A DNA stretch of 64,000 nt, from positions 87,048,001 to 87,112,000 of the forward strand of contig OX597822.1 in the NCBI GenBank assembly GCA_951406725.2. The letters are read 5' to 3'. Below are positions 27,121 through 40,407 of the stretch, piece after piece; the first letter of the stretch is position 1, and the number at the start of each line of letters is the position of its first letter. The translations under genes were made by a program, and so were the position numbers. A model generated the notes under the pieces. That model did no database searches and was not told the origin of the DNA. It worked only from the letters and a program-made list of their open reading frames with translations. The stretch is from Octopus vulgaris (lineage: Eukaryota).

Positions 27121-29161
27121 TTATTTGTTAAGTTTAATATCTTTTATCATCTTCACATTTAATCCAGGTTGGCTTTCTGCCATCATTATTATCAAACAAT
27201 GTACAACTGCAGAAAAGGGTTTGCATCAGGTGCTCATATGCAGTTGTCCACGTGAGAAGAAAGAGGAAGAAAGTAAAGACAAAAGCTAGTTGCCCCATCT
27301 TCAGTTCTCATCTGCACTTGGGACCCATGAGGCTGAGTACTGAAAAACTGAAAGATGTTTTGTGTCAGCCCAGCAGATCGTGCTCCAGGCTATGAGTTGT
27401 AGTTTCCCTTTTTTGTTTTACAGTGGTGGCGAGGAAGGTGGGAAACCATAAGGGAGAGCAAGAATAGAAAGAAAAAGGAAGAAAGAAAGGGAGGAAAGAA
27501 GGAAGGAAGGAACGATGATCTTAGTCTAAAAGCAAATAAGAAAACCCCCAAGAAAATGCCTCCAATCTTGAACTGACTTAATTTTCGCTGACTTAATTTG
27601 ATATAAAAAGATTAAAGAACAAAGCAAATACCTTCTGATTGTAGAGGAGGTGGGCACGGGTGAAATGACTGGAACTGTTAAAGGATAGATAAATGTTGAA
27701 GACCCCACCAAGGATCAGTCAGTGGTTAAGTAATCACTGCCTTGAGAATATATACTTCTTGATGACTTGGCTAAGGCTTGCTTGTGGGAAAGGACCCAGA
27801 AGAGAATTGTAGCCGGTTCTATTTAGATGAGGCTTTTTCACTCTCATTGAAGCTGGTTGCCTTTGTTTGTTTTGTTTCCCAAATAATTAACCTGTTTCAG
27901 TATCTTATGCAACCTTGCCGCAATCCTGATTCTTGTTTCAGTATCATCCTCATTTTACCATCCACTTTTCCATGCCTAAACAGACAGAGTTTATTGAGGC
28001 AGATTTTCTGCAGTGAAATGTACTTCCTGTTGCCAACCACCACCTGATTGCAAGCAGAATAAATACCAGATCTGTTGAAAATGTCATTAAAGGAGTAACT
28101 TAACCTTCATTCTCTTAACACCATGAAATTGGAGCTAAACATTGGTTTCTCAACATTTTGCAAACAGCTTCTCATTTTTGTAGTTTCCAATAGTTTCTTA
28201 TCTTAAGAATTTTTAATGTTATTTTATTCTATCATTCTAAGATTTGTAACACATACAATAATTGCTGCAAACACCAAGTTTTGCAGAATTGGTCAACAAT
28301 ATTGACATGGAAAAAGGAATGTAAAATGTATTGGGAGTGGGGAGGGGAAGAAAGAAAGACAAAAAGAAAAACTTTTGATTTATTTAGGTTAATCACAACT
28401 TCTTGGGGGGAAGAGGAACAATTGGTAAATATTTTATAGATTTCAATGTGAGAGAAGAGGAACATCATAGATAAATATTTTATAGACTTCAATGTGAGAA
28501 ACAAAAAAGTTCACCTTGGTAGAACTTTGACCTAGCATCATTGTTTAAATAGTATTAAAATGTGTACTTTGATGTCAGCCATATTATTGCCATTTTGGTT
28601 TCTCTGATTGGCACACGGTTACACAAGGTCACATGTGTACAGAAATTATTAGTGGCACTTATATTATTGACTGTAGTGGAATTTGAACTTAGAAATATAA
28701 AGAGATGTCACTGCATTGTATTGGACATTTGATCTAATGTTTTACTATTTTTGCCATTTCACTTTTAATCATTAACACCTGCTAATCTAATTTTGTTACA
28801 ACTCATGCAAAGTATTCATCATTTTGACAATCTTACAACACCAAAATAAATTCCTGATTATAATAAATCAACAAATTTCCCCTGTTAGAAAGCAGGTGTA
28901 GATATCTTAAAGAATTTTGCTTCACTAATGGTTGGTAGAAGTAAAAATTTTCTCATGGAAATATTTATTTTATAAAGTAATTAATTCTTGTCATTTGTGA
29001 AACGTTGGACATGCGTGGAATGACAGCAGGTTCTAGAATATGGTAGTTCTGGATATTTCATTGGGATTCAAAATGAAAGGAATATGTCTCTGTTTGTGTA
29101 AGAACATTCGCAATAACACTTGCAAATGCCTATATGTATGTCTACCTGAATGCACACACAA

Positions 29162-29334
29162 GGCGCAGGAGTGGCTGTGTGGTAAGTAGCTTGCTTACCA
29201 ACCTCATGGTTCCGGGTTCAGTCCCACTGCGTGGCATCTTGGGCAAGTGTCTTCTGCTATAGCCCCAGGCCGACCAATGCCTTGTGAGTGGATTTGGTTG
29301 ACGGAAACTGAAAGAAGCCTGTCGTATATATAAG

Positions 29335-29377
<43 letters not shown>

Positions 29378-29587
29378 TTGTGTGTCTGTGTTTGTCCCCC
29401 TAGCATTGCTTGACAACTGATGCTGGTGTGTTTACGTCCCCGTCACTTAGCGGTTCAGCAAAAGCGACTGATAGAATAAGTACTGGGCTTACAAAGAATA
29501 AGTCCCGGGGTCGATTTGCTCGACTAAAGGCAGTGCTCCAGCATGGTCACAGTCAAAATGACTGAAACAAGTAAAAGAATAAAGAGT
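29162..29587 (+). mobile_element. Full-length tRNA-headed SINE family A
   Basis: A-box tggctgtgtggt, B-box ggttcagtccc, ttgggcaagtgtctt body, internal (TA)(TG)n at 29324-29385, and tail ending gctccagcatggtcacagtcaaaatgactgaaacaagtaaaagaataaa. Confidence 0.92.
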
Positions 29588-29702
29588 ATACACTTATGGG
29601 TTAGAGAGAAAGAGACAGTAAGTTAAATATATTATGAATATATATTCCTTGTATAAAATTATGACATCTCAACATGATTTACATTTATGACAAATGTCAT
29701 AT

Positions 29703-29970
29703 ATCATCATCATCATTTAATATCTGTTGCCCATGCTGGCATGGGTTGGACAGTTTGACCAGGGCTGGCAGGCTAGAAGGCTGCACTAGACCCCAGTCTG
29801 ATCTGGCATGGTTTTTATGGCTGGATGCACTTCCTAACGTTGACTGCTCTGAGAGTGTAATGGGTGTTTTTACATGCCACTGGCATGGGTGCCATTCTCA
29901 CAACATCTGTATCTGCCATGACTACGATTTTACTTGGCTTGACGGATTTTCTTCTCAAATACAGCATAGA
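29703..29970 (-). mobile_element. RTE 3' end (family C)
   Basis: (CAT)n followed by family C reverse complement; a short + strand family C tail also lies at about 30075-30133. Confidence 0.8.
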
Positions 29971-30414
29971 GGAATATGGACAACGAAACCAAGGCAAGAC
30001 AAGTATTTCAGGTCATTTAGAATATTTGATTAGAGTAAGATGAATTTGAGGCAATTAATTAAATGCAGCGTGTCAGCCCAGTCAAACTGTCCAACCCATG
30101 CCAGCATGGACAACGGATGTTAAATGATGATGATATATGTATATGAAATTTTAAAAATTCTTTCTTGCAACAATAGTTCTTGGAGCACATAAAACTTTGA
30201 GATCACACTGTTCCCACCAAAAAATCATTTTCCATTCTCTTGAGAGTTTATAAAGATCTTATGACGTCAACAATATTGAGTTGTTTGTGCTAAATTTGAC
30301 AGTTTGCGAAAATGGAAAAGAAGACAGTGTCCTATCCAAAAATAAAAGTATTTTTAAAAGTCAAAAGATGTCAACTAGATTGTGGCTGGAAGGTAACAGT
30401 TTCCTCAAAACACT

Positions 30415-30800
30415 CACTGTCAGCTTCCATCATGGCCTCAAGATGGCTTTGGAACCTGGTGCTTGCATTCCTCTCTGTGTCCCTAGGAAGATCTTCAGAC
30501 ACCTCCTTCATCTTGACCACCATCTCAGCTTTGGTGTGTTACAGGCAGAGTGGTTGGTGTTTTTCTCAGTTGTGCCCCACACATAGTAATCTATGGGGTT
30601 ACAGTCAGAGGAACTAGGAGGCTAGTTATTCTCCAATAACCACTTCTGATTTTCTTATCTGGAGGCATGGTAAGGGGCCATATCCTACTGCCATTCATAT
30701 ATGGCTTTTCCAGCAGTAACCTTCTTCAGCTGAACAGTGTTCACAACCTCCAGCAGCTTCATATAGAGCCTAAGGCCCTGTTCAAAGATGTGAGGCTGAA
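30415..30800 (-). mobile_element. Tc1/mariner superfamily (maT-like) transposase C-terminal remnant
   Basis: Minus strand reads PHIFEQGLRL..YMKLLEVV..AGKPY..WQ*DMAPYHAS..QKWLLEN..PPSSSDCNPIDYYVWG; same family as 38790-39450. Confidence 0.8.
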
Positions 30801-31139
30801 TCCTTTCCTGCTGGCCACAGCTTTGTAGTCTCAGTTGCAGGGTGGATAAAATATGTAACAGTTGAGCTCAGGGGTTGATGTAATCAACTCGTCCCCTCTG
30901 ACCAAAATTCAGGCCCTGTGCCTATAGTCATTGTTGTCTTCATATATTGTGTGCCTGCAACACAGCGATGCCACTACAATCAAAGTCTTCCTGATTAAGT
31001 GGGAGTTCTTCACTTGCCTTATCACTCTTGTCCAACCAGCTCATATCATACAAAAGATATTATTATTATTAAACAATGTCAAATAGGTTCTTATAAACAT
31101 GAAAATTATATAAAAATCTTTTTACATTTTTCTTTACAG

Positions 31140-31286
31140 ATGAAACTGCTGAACCAACTGGCATAGTAACATTTTCTTGGAGTATAGATAATACAAAATT
31201 CTTTGTGGAAAATGTCACAAGCGACAAGACACTTGCTCGTTGTAGACACTCTTATATATTTAATACATCAGGGACTCATCAGATTC
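31140..31286 (+). CDS. Internal exon B of the polycystin-1-like gene (PKD domain core)
   Basis: Acceptor tttttctttacag at 31139 and donor C|gtaagt at 31286/31287; 147 nt, phase 1-1. Reads (D)ETAEPTGIVTFSWSIDNTKFFVENVTSDKTLARCRHSYIFNTSGTHQI, with PKD-type vTFsW and HsY...G.h.I motifs. This frame is not in the ORF track. Confidence 0.88.
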
Positions 31287-31599
31287 GTAAGTATTGACAA
31301 AACCTTTCTGAAATGTTTTTTTGAAAATTTGTCCTTTCTCTTGTTCGTTGATTCCATTTCCAGATGCAAAAAGTTTTATAATACTTAACTGCTTTCTTCA
31401 ACACAAACATTAATGAAATATCATTTATGATGTTATTTCTATCTATGCATTCATAAAATATAATGTTACTGGGCTAATAATTACTGATATTATTATTGTA
31501 ACAATGCATGTTATATTCACTTCTGTTAATATTACTACAGCCAGTTGAAAATGAGGCTTTGGTATGAAAATGAATATATTGCAGACTGCAATACATACA

Positions 31600-31890
31600 A
31601 CAGGGCCGTTGATATTCTTACCTCACAATACGTGAAACCAGAGAATGCAATGTATGCACATCACCTGTTATACACTTGCAAGCAGGTGTAGGGACAAAGT
31701 TTAGATCAACACCTCCAGAAGCTCAAACTTTTAGCAAAAGACTGTGGATACAAAGCTGTTTCGGCTGTAAGAGATGCCTTCATAAGTGGCATGCATTCTT
31801 GTAGCATATGTCAGTGGTTGTTGGGGCAGGGCAACCTAGACCTCGACTGGGTACTTCATCCAAGTACAGATGCAAGAGATGGCAGAGGCT
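31600..31890 (+). mobile_element. Ty3/Gypsy gag remnant
   Basis: Reads N.MYAHHLLYTCKQV*GQSLDQHLQKLKLLAKDCGYKAVSAVRDAFISGMHSCSICQWLL..NLDL, typical of retrotransposon gag. Confidence 0.7.
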
Positions 31891-32039
31891 CACTCTTCAA
31901 TTTAGATAAGGTCATGTGCACTTATCAAGTGGCAAGGAGGAAATGGTTTTGTTGAAACATCTGGCTCTGGAGGAAGGTAGACAATCCAGACTCAGTGGTA
32001 TCGATCCTGAAGAAGAAACTTGATAACCCTGAGCGATTG

Positions 32040-33150
32040 AAAGCAGATCAACATGATCAGCAGCAAGAACAGACCAGTGGTCATGGCCAATGTAGCAGGT
32101 GCTGAGGGATTTCTCTAGGGTGTCCCTAGCCCTCTTCTTTGGTGTTCTTCTATCATGGCAACCAGAATAGAATTTGCCATACAGCATGATCATGGGAAGT
32201 TGATGATTCTTTATCCTGGTGCTGTGTCCTGACTAGCATCTTCAGCTCTGTGTCTTCAGCATCGTTGTTTTGATGCTGGTGATCTTCACCTGCTCTGGGA
32301 GCTTGATGTTAATGACAAAGTCACTGTAGTGGATACTGAGGAGAATGCAAAGGCAGCCCTGATAGAATTGCTCAAAGAGTCATGCTAATAGATGACCCAT
32401 GACTCTTGAGCTGATCAGAATGATAGTTCTGTACACACTGATCTTGGTCCCTTTACTCAGTTCTTGTTTCAGATTCTTTTGTAGAGTTAGCTGAAGGCAC
32501 TATTTACCTTCACCAATCTGTTGTCAACTTCCTTGTTGATTTTGGCATCTAACAAGATGGTGCACTTTCGGTGAGTGAACTGACTGACTGACTTTTGTTC
32601 AGCCTCTCTGGTGGTGGTGTTCCTGCTGTGGTATGGAAGACTTTTCTTTTCTTTAAATTGAATTCTAGTCCAGGATTCTGGGTTGTCAGTGCAGTCACCC
32701 GTGAAAGTTAACTCGTGGATGGGTTCCAGTGTTTTGGCAGGCACTTCAGGTTAAAAAGATTGCCATCAATACAGTACTGAATGTAGATGCTATCTTCACT
32801 GTCAGGGTCTTCCCTTGCCAGAGTGCTCCTCAACAGACTAATGCTTACCATTACAGAAGAGAACTGAAAACTTCCCAGAATCCCCATTTGATTTTAGAAC
32901 AAACGGGAGCACCCAGCAGAGTCTTTGTTCTCAGGTAGCTCCAAGTGAAATGCAAAGAGCAGATTAAAGGACTTTACATCACTCTTGATGGCCTCACCAA
33001 AGTAGAAAAAGTCTGTGACAAATCTTTGAACATCTTGGATGCCTTCCTAAATTCCTCAGCATGGTCATCTAGTTGCATGAAAACCAACAGGGACAGGTCA
33101 GGTACAGCAGTAACCTCTCCAAGCCCTTCTTCATTGGCAGCAATATAAAG
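32040..33150 (-). mobile_element. Decayed RTE (BovB-like) LINE ORF with internal deletions
   Basis: IQYCIDGNLFNL (~32750-32785), DAKINKEVDNRLVKVNSAF, and MLYGKFYSG..RRTPKKRARDTLEKSL...W.VLAAD match RTE RT and C-terminal motifs. Confidence 0.8.
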
Positions 33151-34968
33151 CCAGGCTTTGTCCTTGTACTGACTCGACTTCTACTCATGCATTCATTAAA
33201 TATCAATGTTGCTTTTATCTATGACTGAGTGGAAAAGGTGTTGAATAGCTTGTGGGTCATAAGTGTATATTGTTGCAATTTTATTTCTGAGAAGAGCGAT
33301 CTGTTTAGACCTTGGCTACACACACACGCACACACACACACACACACACACAACTGCTTGCACATCAATTTTTTTTTTTTTGCATTTGAATAAAAATATT
33401 CATCTGATAATAAATATGTCCATTATTATGTATGTCTTATCTATAATATTTGAAACTCTGATAAAGCAATAAGCACTCTTTTATATAAATGTGTTTGTGC
33501 AGATGTGTGCGCATGCATGCACACACACACACATGCAATAACTCTTGGAGACCATGCAAGTATTTTATGCTTACAGTTCCTATATCTCATTCATTACTGA
33601 ATATGTTATAAAGTGTAAAAGAAAATGAGTTAATATTTTATTCCTCTTTTTTACATTTTCCCATACTGCAGAACTATCCTTTATTGTTGTAATGTTAACA
33701 ATTTTCTCATCATTGTCTTTTATGAGAATGTTTTTCTTTTTCTCTATATTCCAAAGCCTTTTATTTAGTGTTGTTTTCGGTAATATGTAACCTTATACAA
33801 GACTAGATTTCTTGTAAATCTATTTCTCAAGTGCATTCTCCAACTCCCTTCACACTTGCCTACCCTCCCACCTCCACTCATTCTTTATTCTTTTTCCAAA
33901 TTTTTTGCTGCACTTGCAAAATTCTGCCAATAATAAAACAAATATTTCCTGTCTCGCTATTATTAACATTGATTTTCTTGTTTTATCTTTTTACAACACC
34001 TATATAAAAACTTCTCCGCACTTGAAGACATAGCCATTCACTGCATTCTTTATTTACTTAACATGGCTCACTAAATACCTCCAACAAAATTCAAGTTCAT
34101 CTTACCATTTTCTTCAAAGCTCTCCATTACTATCTTCCCTTATTCCTGTTGTATTTTTGTAATTTTCATCTCATTTTCTCACCTAATTTTCTTATAAAAA
34201 AGAAAATAAAAAAAATCATTATATTAGTAGCAAAAGTAGCTTTTTCTATGACTTTTTCTTCACTATCCACTCTTCATCTTATTCTTTTGTCTTTTCTGCT
34301 TGTTTTCCTTGTGGTCTTCCATCTTCCTTTGTTTCCTCTATTAATCCCCTGATGTTTCAGTCTCTTTTATTGTTTTCTAATCAGTACTTGGGTTCCTGAG
34401 CCATAAATAATGGCAGCGCTATTGTTGAAAATGTTACCCAATGAAAGTTGATACTTAGAGGATGAGGATGTAAATAAAAACGCCAAAATAACAGGAAAAT
34501 AAGAAAATTGTATTTATCATTCCCATAATGTTACACAGATATGAGTCACTGCTGAAGTTAATCATGAAGAACAACATTTCTTGTGTAGACATGAGGAGGC
34601 ACTAACACCCTTTGGCCCTCTGAATCTGTCATTTCAAAATGTTCCTTACTCAAGCCTTAGACCCAACCCAGTTCTGGTCATTTCACAGCATAGGCTACAA
34701 ATAATGCAGTAGACCACATCATGCAAAAGTAGCATGGAAATTTCTTATGATTGTTGAAATGCCAGACGAATCATCTGAATAAATGAACATTTGGACATTA
34801 TGAGTCAATGAAGATAGCAGAATGAATTTCCAAAAAATAAATAGAACAACCCCAGCAAATAAGTGGAGATCTTGTTTGAAAATTTAAAGAGAAAGATTTT
34901 TTATTGGTCTTAGTTGAAAAAAAATCAAATCAAACTTAAATGTCATTGTTCTATAGGATGGCAGCAAC

Positions 34969-35314
34969 TTTGCTCCTGTGCCGGTGGCACATAAAAAGCA
35001 CCCACTACACTCTCAGAGTGGTTGGCATTAGAAAGAGCATCCAGCTATAGAAACATTGCCAGATCAGATTGGAGCCTGGTGCGGCCCCCTTGCTTGCCAG
35101 ACCCCAGATATATTATCATCATCATCATATCGTTTAATGTCCGTTTTCTATGCTGGCATGGGTTGGACGGTTGGACTGGGGTCTGGCAAGCAAGGGGGCC
35201 GCACCAGGCTCCAATCTGATCTGGCAATGTTTCTACAGCTGGATGCTCTTTCTAATGCCAACCACTCTGAGAGTGTAGTGGGTGCTTTTTATGTGCCACC
35301 GGCACAGGAGCAAA
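34969..35314. repeat. 139-bp near-perfect inverted repeat within a family C RTE 3' end
   Basis: 34969-35107 versus 35176-35314, one mismatch seen; the host element runs 35115-35497 on the minus strand. Confidence 0.92.
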
Positions 35315-35849
35315 TCGACGCAAGGGGGTGGGGGCTGGCACTGACCATGTTCAGATGGTGCTTTTTACGTTCCACTGGTGCAGGAGCCAGTCAGGTGGCA
35401 CTGGCATCATCTACATCAGGCTGGTGCTTTTTATGTGCTACCGGCAGAGGAGCCTTTCAGGGCGAGGGGACTGGCATCGACCACGTTCGGATGGTGCATG
35501 ATTGGTGTAACTACAATGCTCCATACACAATGTTGGTTAACATAGATATTACATTGATATGCACATAAAATCCATGTTGCATTTCATGGCATAGAAAACA
35601 ATGAGTTAGATGTACCATGTGTTTCTTTTATCAATATGCTGAGTGTGTAGCACTTAACAAAAATGGCAGAACCCTAACCCAGAATATACACCACCAGAAC
35701 ACTCAAAGATGGCACCAGAAATCTGCATTGAAAGTTATTCTTAAATTAGATTCATCTCATTTATTTGATATGTAGCTTATTGGAGTCTGGTTTAATGAGT
35801 GTTCACTGGGTATATATATATATATATATTTAATCATTTTTTTTTTACA

Positions 35850-36057
35850 GTTATTTTAGTGATTGGACTGTTGCCATGCTGGAGCACTGCCATGAAGGTT
35901 TTTAGCTGAATGAATCGATCTCAGTACCTATGTTTTTTAAATCCTGGTACTTATTCTATTGTTCTCTTACGCTAGACTGCTAAGTCATGGGGATGTAAAC
36001 AAACCAACACTGGTTTTCAAGCAGAAACATTCAGAGAGACACAAACACATGCAAACA

Positions 36058-36115
<58 letters not shown>

Positions 36116-36270
36116 ATGGGTTTCTTTCAGTTTCTGCCTACTGTATCCACTTGTAAAGCTTTTGTTGGCCTATGGCTATATCTGAAGACACTGGTCCAAG
36201 GTGCCACTCAGTGGGACTGAATGCAGAACCATTTAGTTTGGAATCGAACTTCTTAGCACACACTCACTCT
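35850..36270 (-). mobile_element. SINE family A with internal (CA)n
   Basis: Tail gccatgctggagcactgcc..., (CA)n at 36059-36113, head ...ggtgccactcagtgggactgaa. Confidence 0.8.
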
Positions 36271-36282
36271 TTTTGCCTGACT

Positions 36283-36445
36283 GACCCTCGTGCCAGTGAC
36301 ATGTAAAAAGCACCCACTACACACTCAGAGTGGTTGGTGTTAGGAAGGGCATCCAGCTGTAGAAACTTTGCCAGATCAGATTGGAGCCTGGTACAGCCTT
36401 CTGACTTGCCAGCCTTCAGTCAAACCGTCCAACCCATGTTGAGAG

Positions 36446-36487
<42 letters not shown>

Positions 36488-36604
36488 GATGGGTTTCTTT
36501 CAGTTTCTGCCTACTGTATCCACTTGTAAAGCTTTTGTTGGCCTATGGCTATATCTGAAGACACTAGTCCAAAGTGGCCATTAAACAACGACGATGATGA
36601 TGAT
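36283..36604 (+). mobile_element. RTE 3' end (family C) carrying a locally copied SINE fragment
   Basis: Family C runs to 36440; 36441-36573 copies the adjacent SINE segment; then tggccattaaacaacgac(gat)n. Confidence 0.75.
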
Positions 36605-37800
36605 ATATATATTTAATATGTATGCATGTATGCTTATGTGTATATAATGTGTATATATGTGTGCATGTGTGTATAATATAGATTATGCATATGTGCACAG
36701 CCGGCCTTGTTTTTATCTCTTACTGCTTGACATCTGATGTTTGTGTCCCTTTATCTTAGCAGTTCATCAAAATGGTGTTGATAGAATAAGTAGTAGAATC
36801 AAAAATAAGTATTAGGGTCAATAAAACCCTTCTAAGTTGTGCTCCAGCTTGGCTGCAGTCCACCGACTGAAACAGGTGAGAGAAAAGAATAAAAGAGCGC
36901 CCACAGACACTCGTGTGAGGAGGAGGGGTGGCAATTGGTAGAAAGATAAATAGCCTGTACACACACACATACACACACTCTTTATAGGAAGTTATTCTGG
37001 GCCAATCCTTGTTTGTAGTAGCGTGCCCCATGTGGATGTTGTCAGTTATATAAACAATAAAGTCAAACTAATAAAGCTGGCAGTGGGGGGTTGGGGGCTG
37101 TTACGAAAGCCATTATTGCAAAGATTAACTTGTCTCAAATGACAGAGATCTATTGACAATAATAACACTGTTTTCTATTCATGTTCAGACAGATTCTGAT
37201 CTTGCTGCCAACAAACTTGGCCAGCGACTAGGAGAAAACATTTAATCAACCAACACAGAATCTGGCAGTTGACCCACCTTTTTTTTATTTTTACATGAAT
37301 ACCAAACCTGGCTGCCTCTTCTACTTGTTAAAAACCCTCCATCAGATTAATTAATTTGTGCAGACTATTGTGGCTTCTCAAGGTTGCTTGTTTTTCAGGC
37401 AGTTATTTTCTCTTAGCAGTGTTTTGTTCATTATGCTTCATTTTTTTTATCTGTATCATCTGACCAAGAGAGAGAGAGAGGGAGGAGTGAGAGAGAGATG
37501 GAGAAAGAGAGAGGCGGGGTATAGATCTAATTTTCATTTTTTTTTCCATATCAAAATAATAAAGAAAAACAATTCAGGTGTTTTTGAGACTAGAAAGCGA
37601 AGGCCTTTAGAGAATGTTGTAAAGTTGCAAGTAGTGACCTGTTGTAAAAAGATTTATTTTTATTTGTTTATTTATTCATCTCACATATTTGAGACATGTA
37701 CTTACACATCTTGCTGAGTTTGGTATTAAGCAGTCATTGCTGTACATTCCCTCGTTAGTGTGTTTATAACATTGTGCATGTACACACATGCATTGGCATG

Positions 37801-37839
<39 letters not shown>

Positions 37840-38419
37840 ACAAGGTGATAATATACTGGAGTCGTTAAGGAGCCTGTGATTTGTATCTTATTATTTCTGT
37901 TTTGAATTGTCTGTTGTTAAGAAACTTAACTGCCAATCTCTCCTATTTAGAATATTAAGTATTCTGCAAGCTAAAAAGTGATCCACTATGTGGTTGTTCT
38001 ATTTGCTAGAGACACCAGCTAAAATTTTTCAACTCACACCTGCCTTTAAAAAATAAGGAAGGACATTAGATGTTGTTATAGACTATATTTGGAAGAAAAT
38101 GATGGAATGGTCTCAACTAAGACCTATAAAACATAGAGAATGGAAGGATGATGCTGTGTGTCTGTGTGAGTGTGTGTATGTGTGTGTGTGTGTGTTTACA
38201 TTATGCTGGATTGAACATCACTGAGCTATTATTGGCAGTGTTGTTATGGTTATTTCTGCTGAGAGTGTGTGTGAGAAAGAGAGAGAGAAAGAGTGTGTAT
38301 GTGTGAGAGAAAGAGAGAGAGAGAGAGTGTGTATGTGTGAGAGAAAGAGAGAGAGAGAGATCGAAATTTGTTCTCTGTTTTCTTCCCTACTGAAAACTTT
38401 CGACTAAATCATATTCTAC

Positions 38420-38600
38420 AACTGGTGCCACATAAAAAGCACCCAATACACTTTGTAGAATGGTTAACATTAGGAATGGCATCCAGTTGTAGAAATCATG
38501 CCATGGAATACAGTAGAACTTAGTGTAGTCTTCTGACTGCAAGTTCCTCTCAAACCATCCTACCAATGCAAGAATGGAAAATGGACATTAAATGATGATG
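38420..38600 (+). mobile_element. RTE 3' end (family C), old copy
   Basis: ggtgccacataaaaagcaccc...ggcatccagttgtagaaa...atggacattaaatgatgatg. Confidence 0.75.
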
Positions 38601-38779
38601 TTTCTGGTTTTGACTCATAATTCAATCACATATTTTAATGATAGGAAATGTTGGTGCTTCTTCATAGTCAGGTCCCTATTATAGTGAAAATATCCCCTTT
38701 GTCAAAAGTAGCGGTTTCAAGGTCAAAAATATTAAGTATTTTTCCATTGCCAATCAACTAAATTATGGCTGGAAGATAA

Positions 38780-39450
38780 TATTTTACTCAAAGTAGCTAC
38801 CCTCAGCTTCCACTGTGGCCTAAAGACAGCTCAGTGTGTCCCTGGGAAGGTCTTTGAACACCCTGATCTTGACCATCTGCTTGGCCTTGATGTTGCAGGC
38901 AGAGTAGTTGGTGTCTTTCTCACTCAACTGTACCCGTCACACAGTAATCCATGGATTACAGTCAGTGGAATTAGAAGGCCAGAAATTGGGGATTGGTGAA
39001 GTAATAGAAATTCTCTGACAAACACTTCCGACTCTTTCTGGAGGTATAGCAAGGTGCCGAATCCTGCTGCCACACATATGGCTTTCCAGCAGCAATCCTC
39101 TGCAGACAGAGTTTGACCACAGGTTCCTGCAGCTTTACATAGCCATCTGGACTGAGCTTAAGGCCCTGTCCAAAGACGTGAAGTGGTGCTACGATGCACA
39201 CTCACTGATGACATACCCAAAGACCATCACAGTGTGGGGAACTTGGTTTTCATGATGTCTATGTTGTGTCTTACAGCTTTTGCAGTGTTTACAGAGCATT
39301 GGGCAGCAGTAAATGATGTTGGCATTTTGATACTCAACACAAATCATCATGATACAAGTAGCCCTTTTCCAATATTCAGATGGCTTCCAGTCTTCCATGT
39401 TTGCTAACTTTTTCACAACTATAACTTTAGCCATTATGCTCTCCAATGAC
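38780..39450 (-). mobile_element. Tc1/mariner superfamily (maT-like) transposase pseudogene
   Basis: TVMVFG.IS, HVFGQGLKL..DGYVKL...AGKPYVWQQDSAPCYTSRKS.KCLSENF and WPSNSTDCNP motifs; frameshifted. Confidence 0.85.
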
Positions 39451-40407
39451 ACCATTGACTGTTCACCAATACATCAAGCTGGTTTTGAAAAGTGGTGGCA
39501 TAAAAAATATCATCAAATTTCATCTGATCCCTCAGCATATACTTTCACTTGCTCTGGACATGATGAGGGACTAAAATGTTTTATTTTCAAATACTCTTGT
39601 TAATATGTTAATTAAATGTTTCTAATGATGGCAATGATTAAAATAAGCAGAGTGCAGTTATTAAATGACATTATTAATCAACTGTCTCTGCCTTTATATT
39701 AAATATATTTCAAAAAGATAATGTACAAAAATGGCCAATGTTTAAAGCACAGAATTCTGAACAACAATTTCTAAATAATTAAGAAATGGAAAACACGTGG
39801 GGGAATGCTTGGTACACAATTCTGCTGTGTGCATGTGTGTGTGCGTGTAAGACACATATATTATGAAAGCAGTGAACACAGAAAGAAAGAAGATAACACT
39901 AGAAGGACAAGTTTAAACAAATTTTGTGTTAGTTTAATACTTAAAAGAAGAAGAGTTGAATCTGTATATCCAATTAACTGGGATATTTTGTTAGTAAATA
40001 CTGCATTATTCACCTTGAAAGGACTTCTCATATGGTGCATAAAAGTACTCCTGTTTATGTTGTTGACAGATGAGAATCATCTGTTGTGGGTGCTGGAATT
40101 GCCAGAGTGTGTGATTTTGACCAGCCTGGTCTCTTCAGTGGCAGACAGCTGCAAGTGGCATAGCAGTTGATTCTCACTGTCAATGATACCTAGAATTTCA
40201 GTCTTTTTACAGGCACTGATGTCACAAATAACTAGCAGGATTATTAAAAAAAAAAATAAAAAGACTGTTGTTCTGCCACTGAAGAGACTGGGCAGATCAA
40301 AATCACAGGATCTGACAGTTTCAGCCAGATCTGATACAGTTTCCTGCTACCCCTCATCATCCACACCTGTTTCTTTGCTCTAATGGCCTTGTCTACAGCA
40401 TCGTTCC

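Noticed and set aside
29162-29235. Possible tRNA gene
   Set aside because: A and B boxes are present, but there is no complete cloverleaf and it continues into a multi-copy SINE body.
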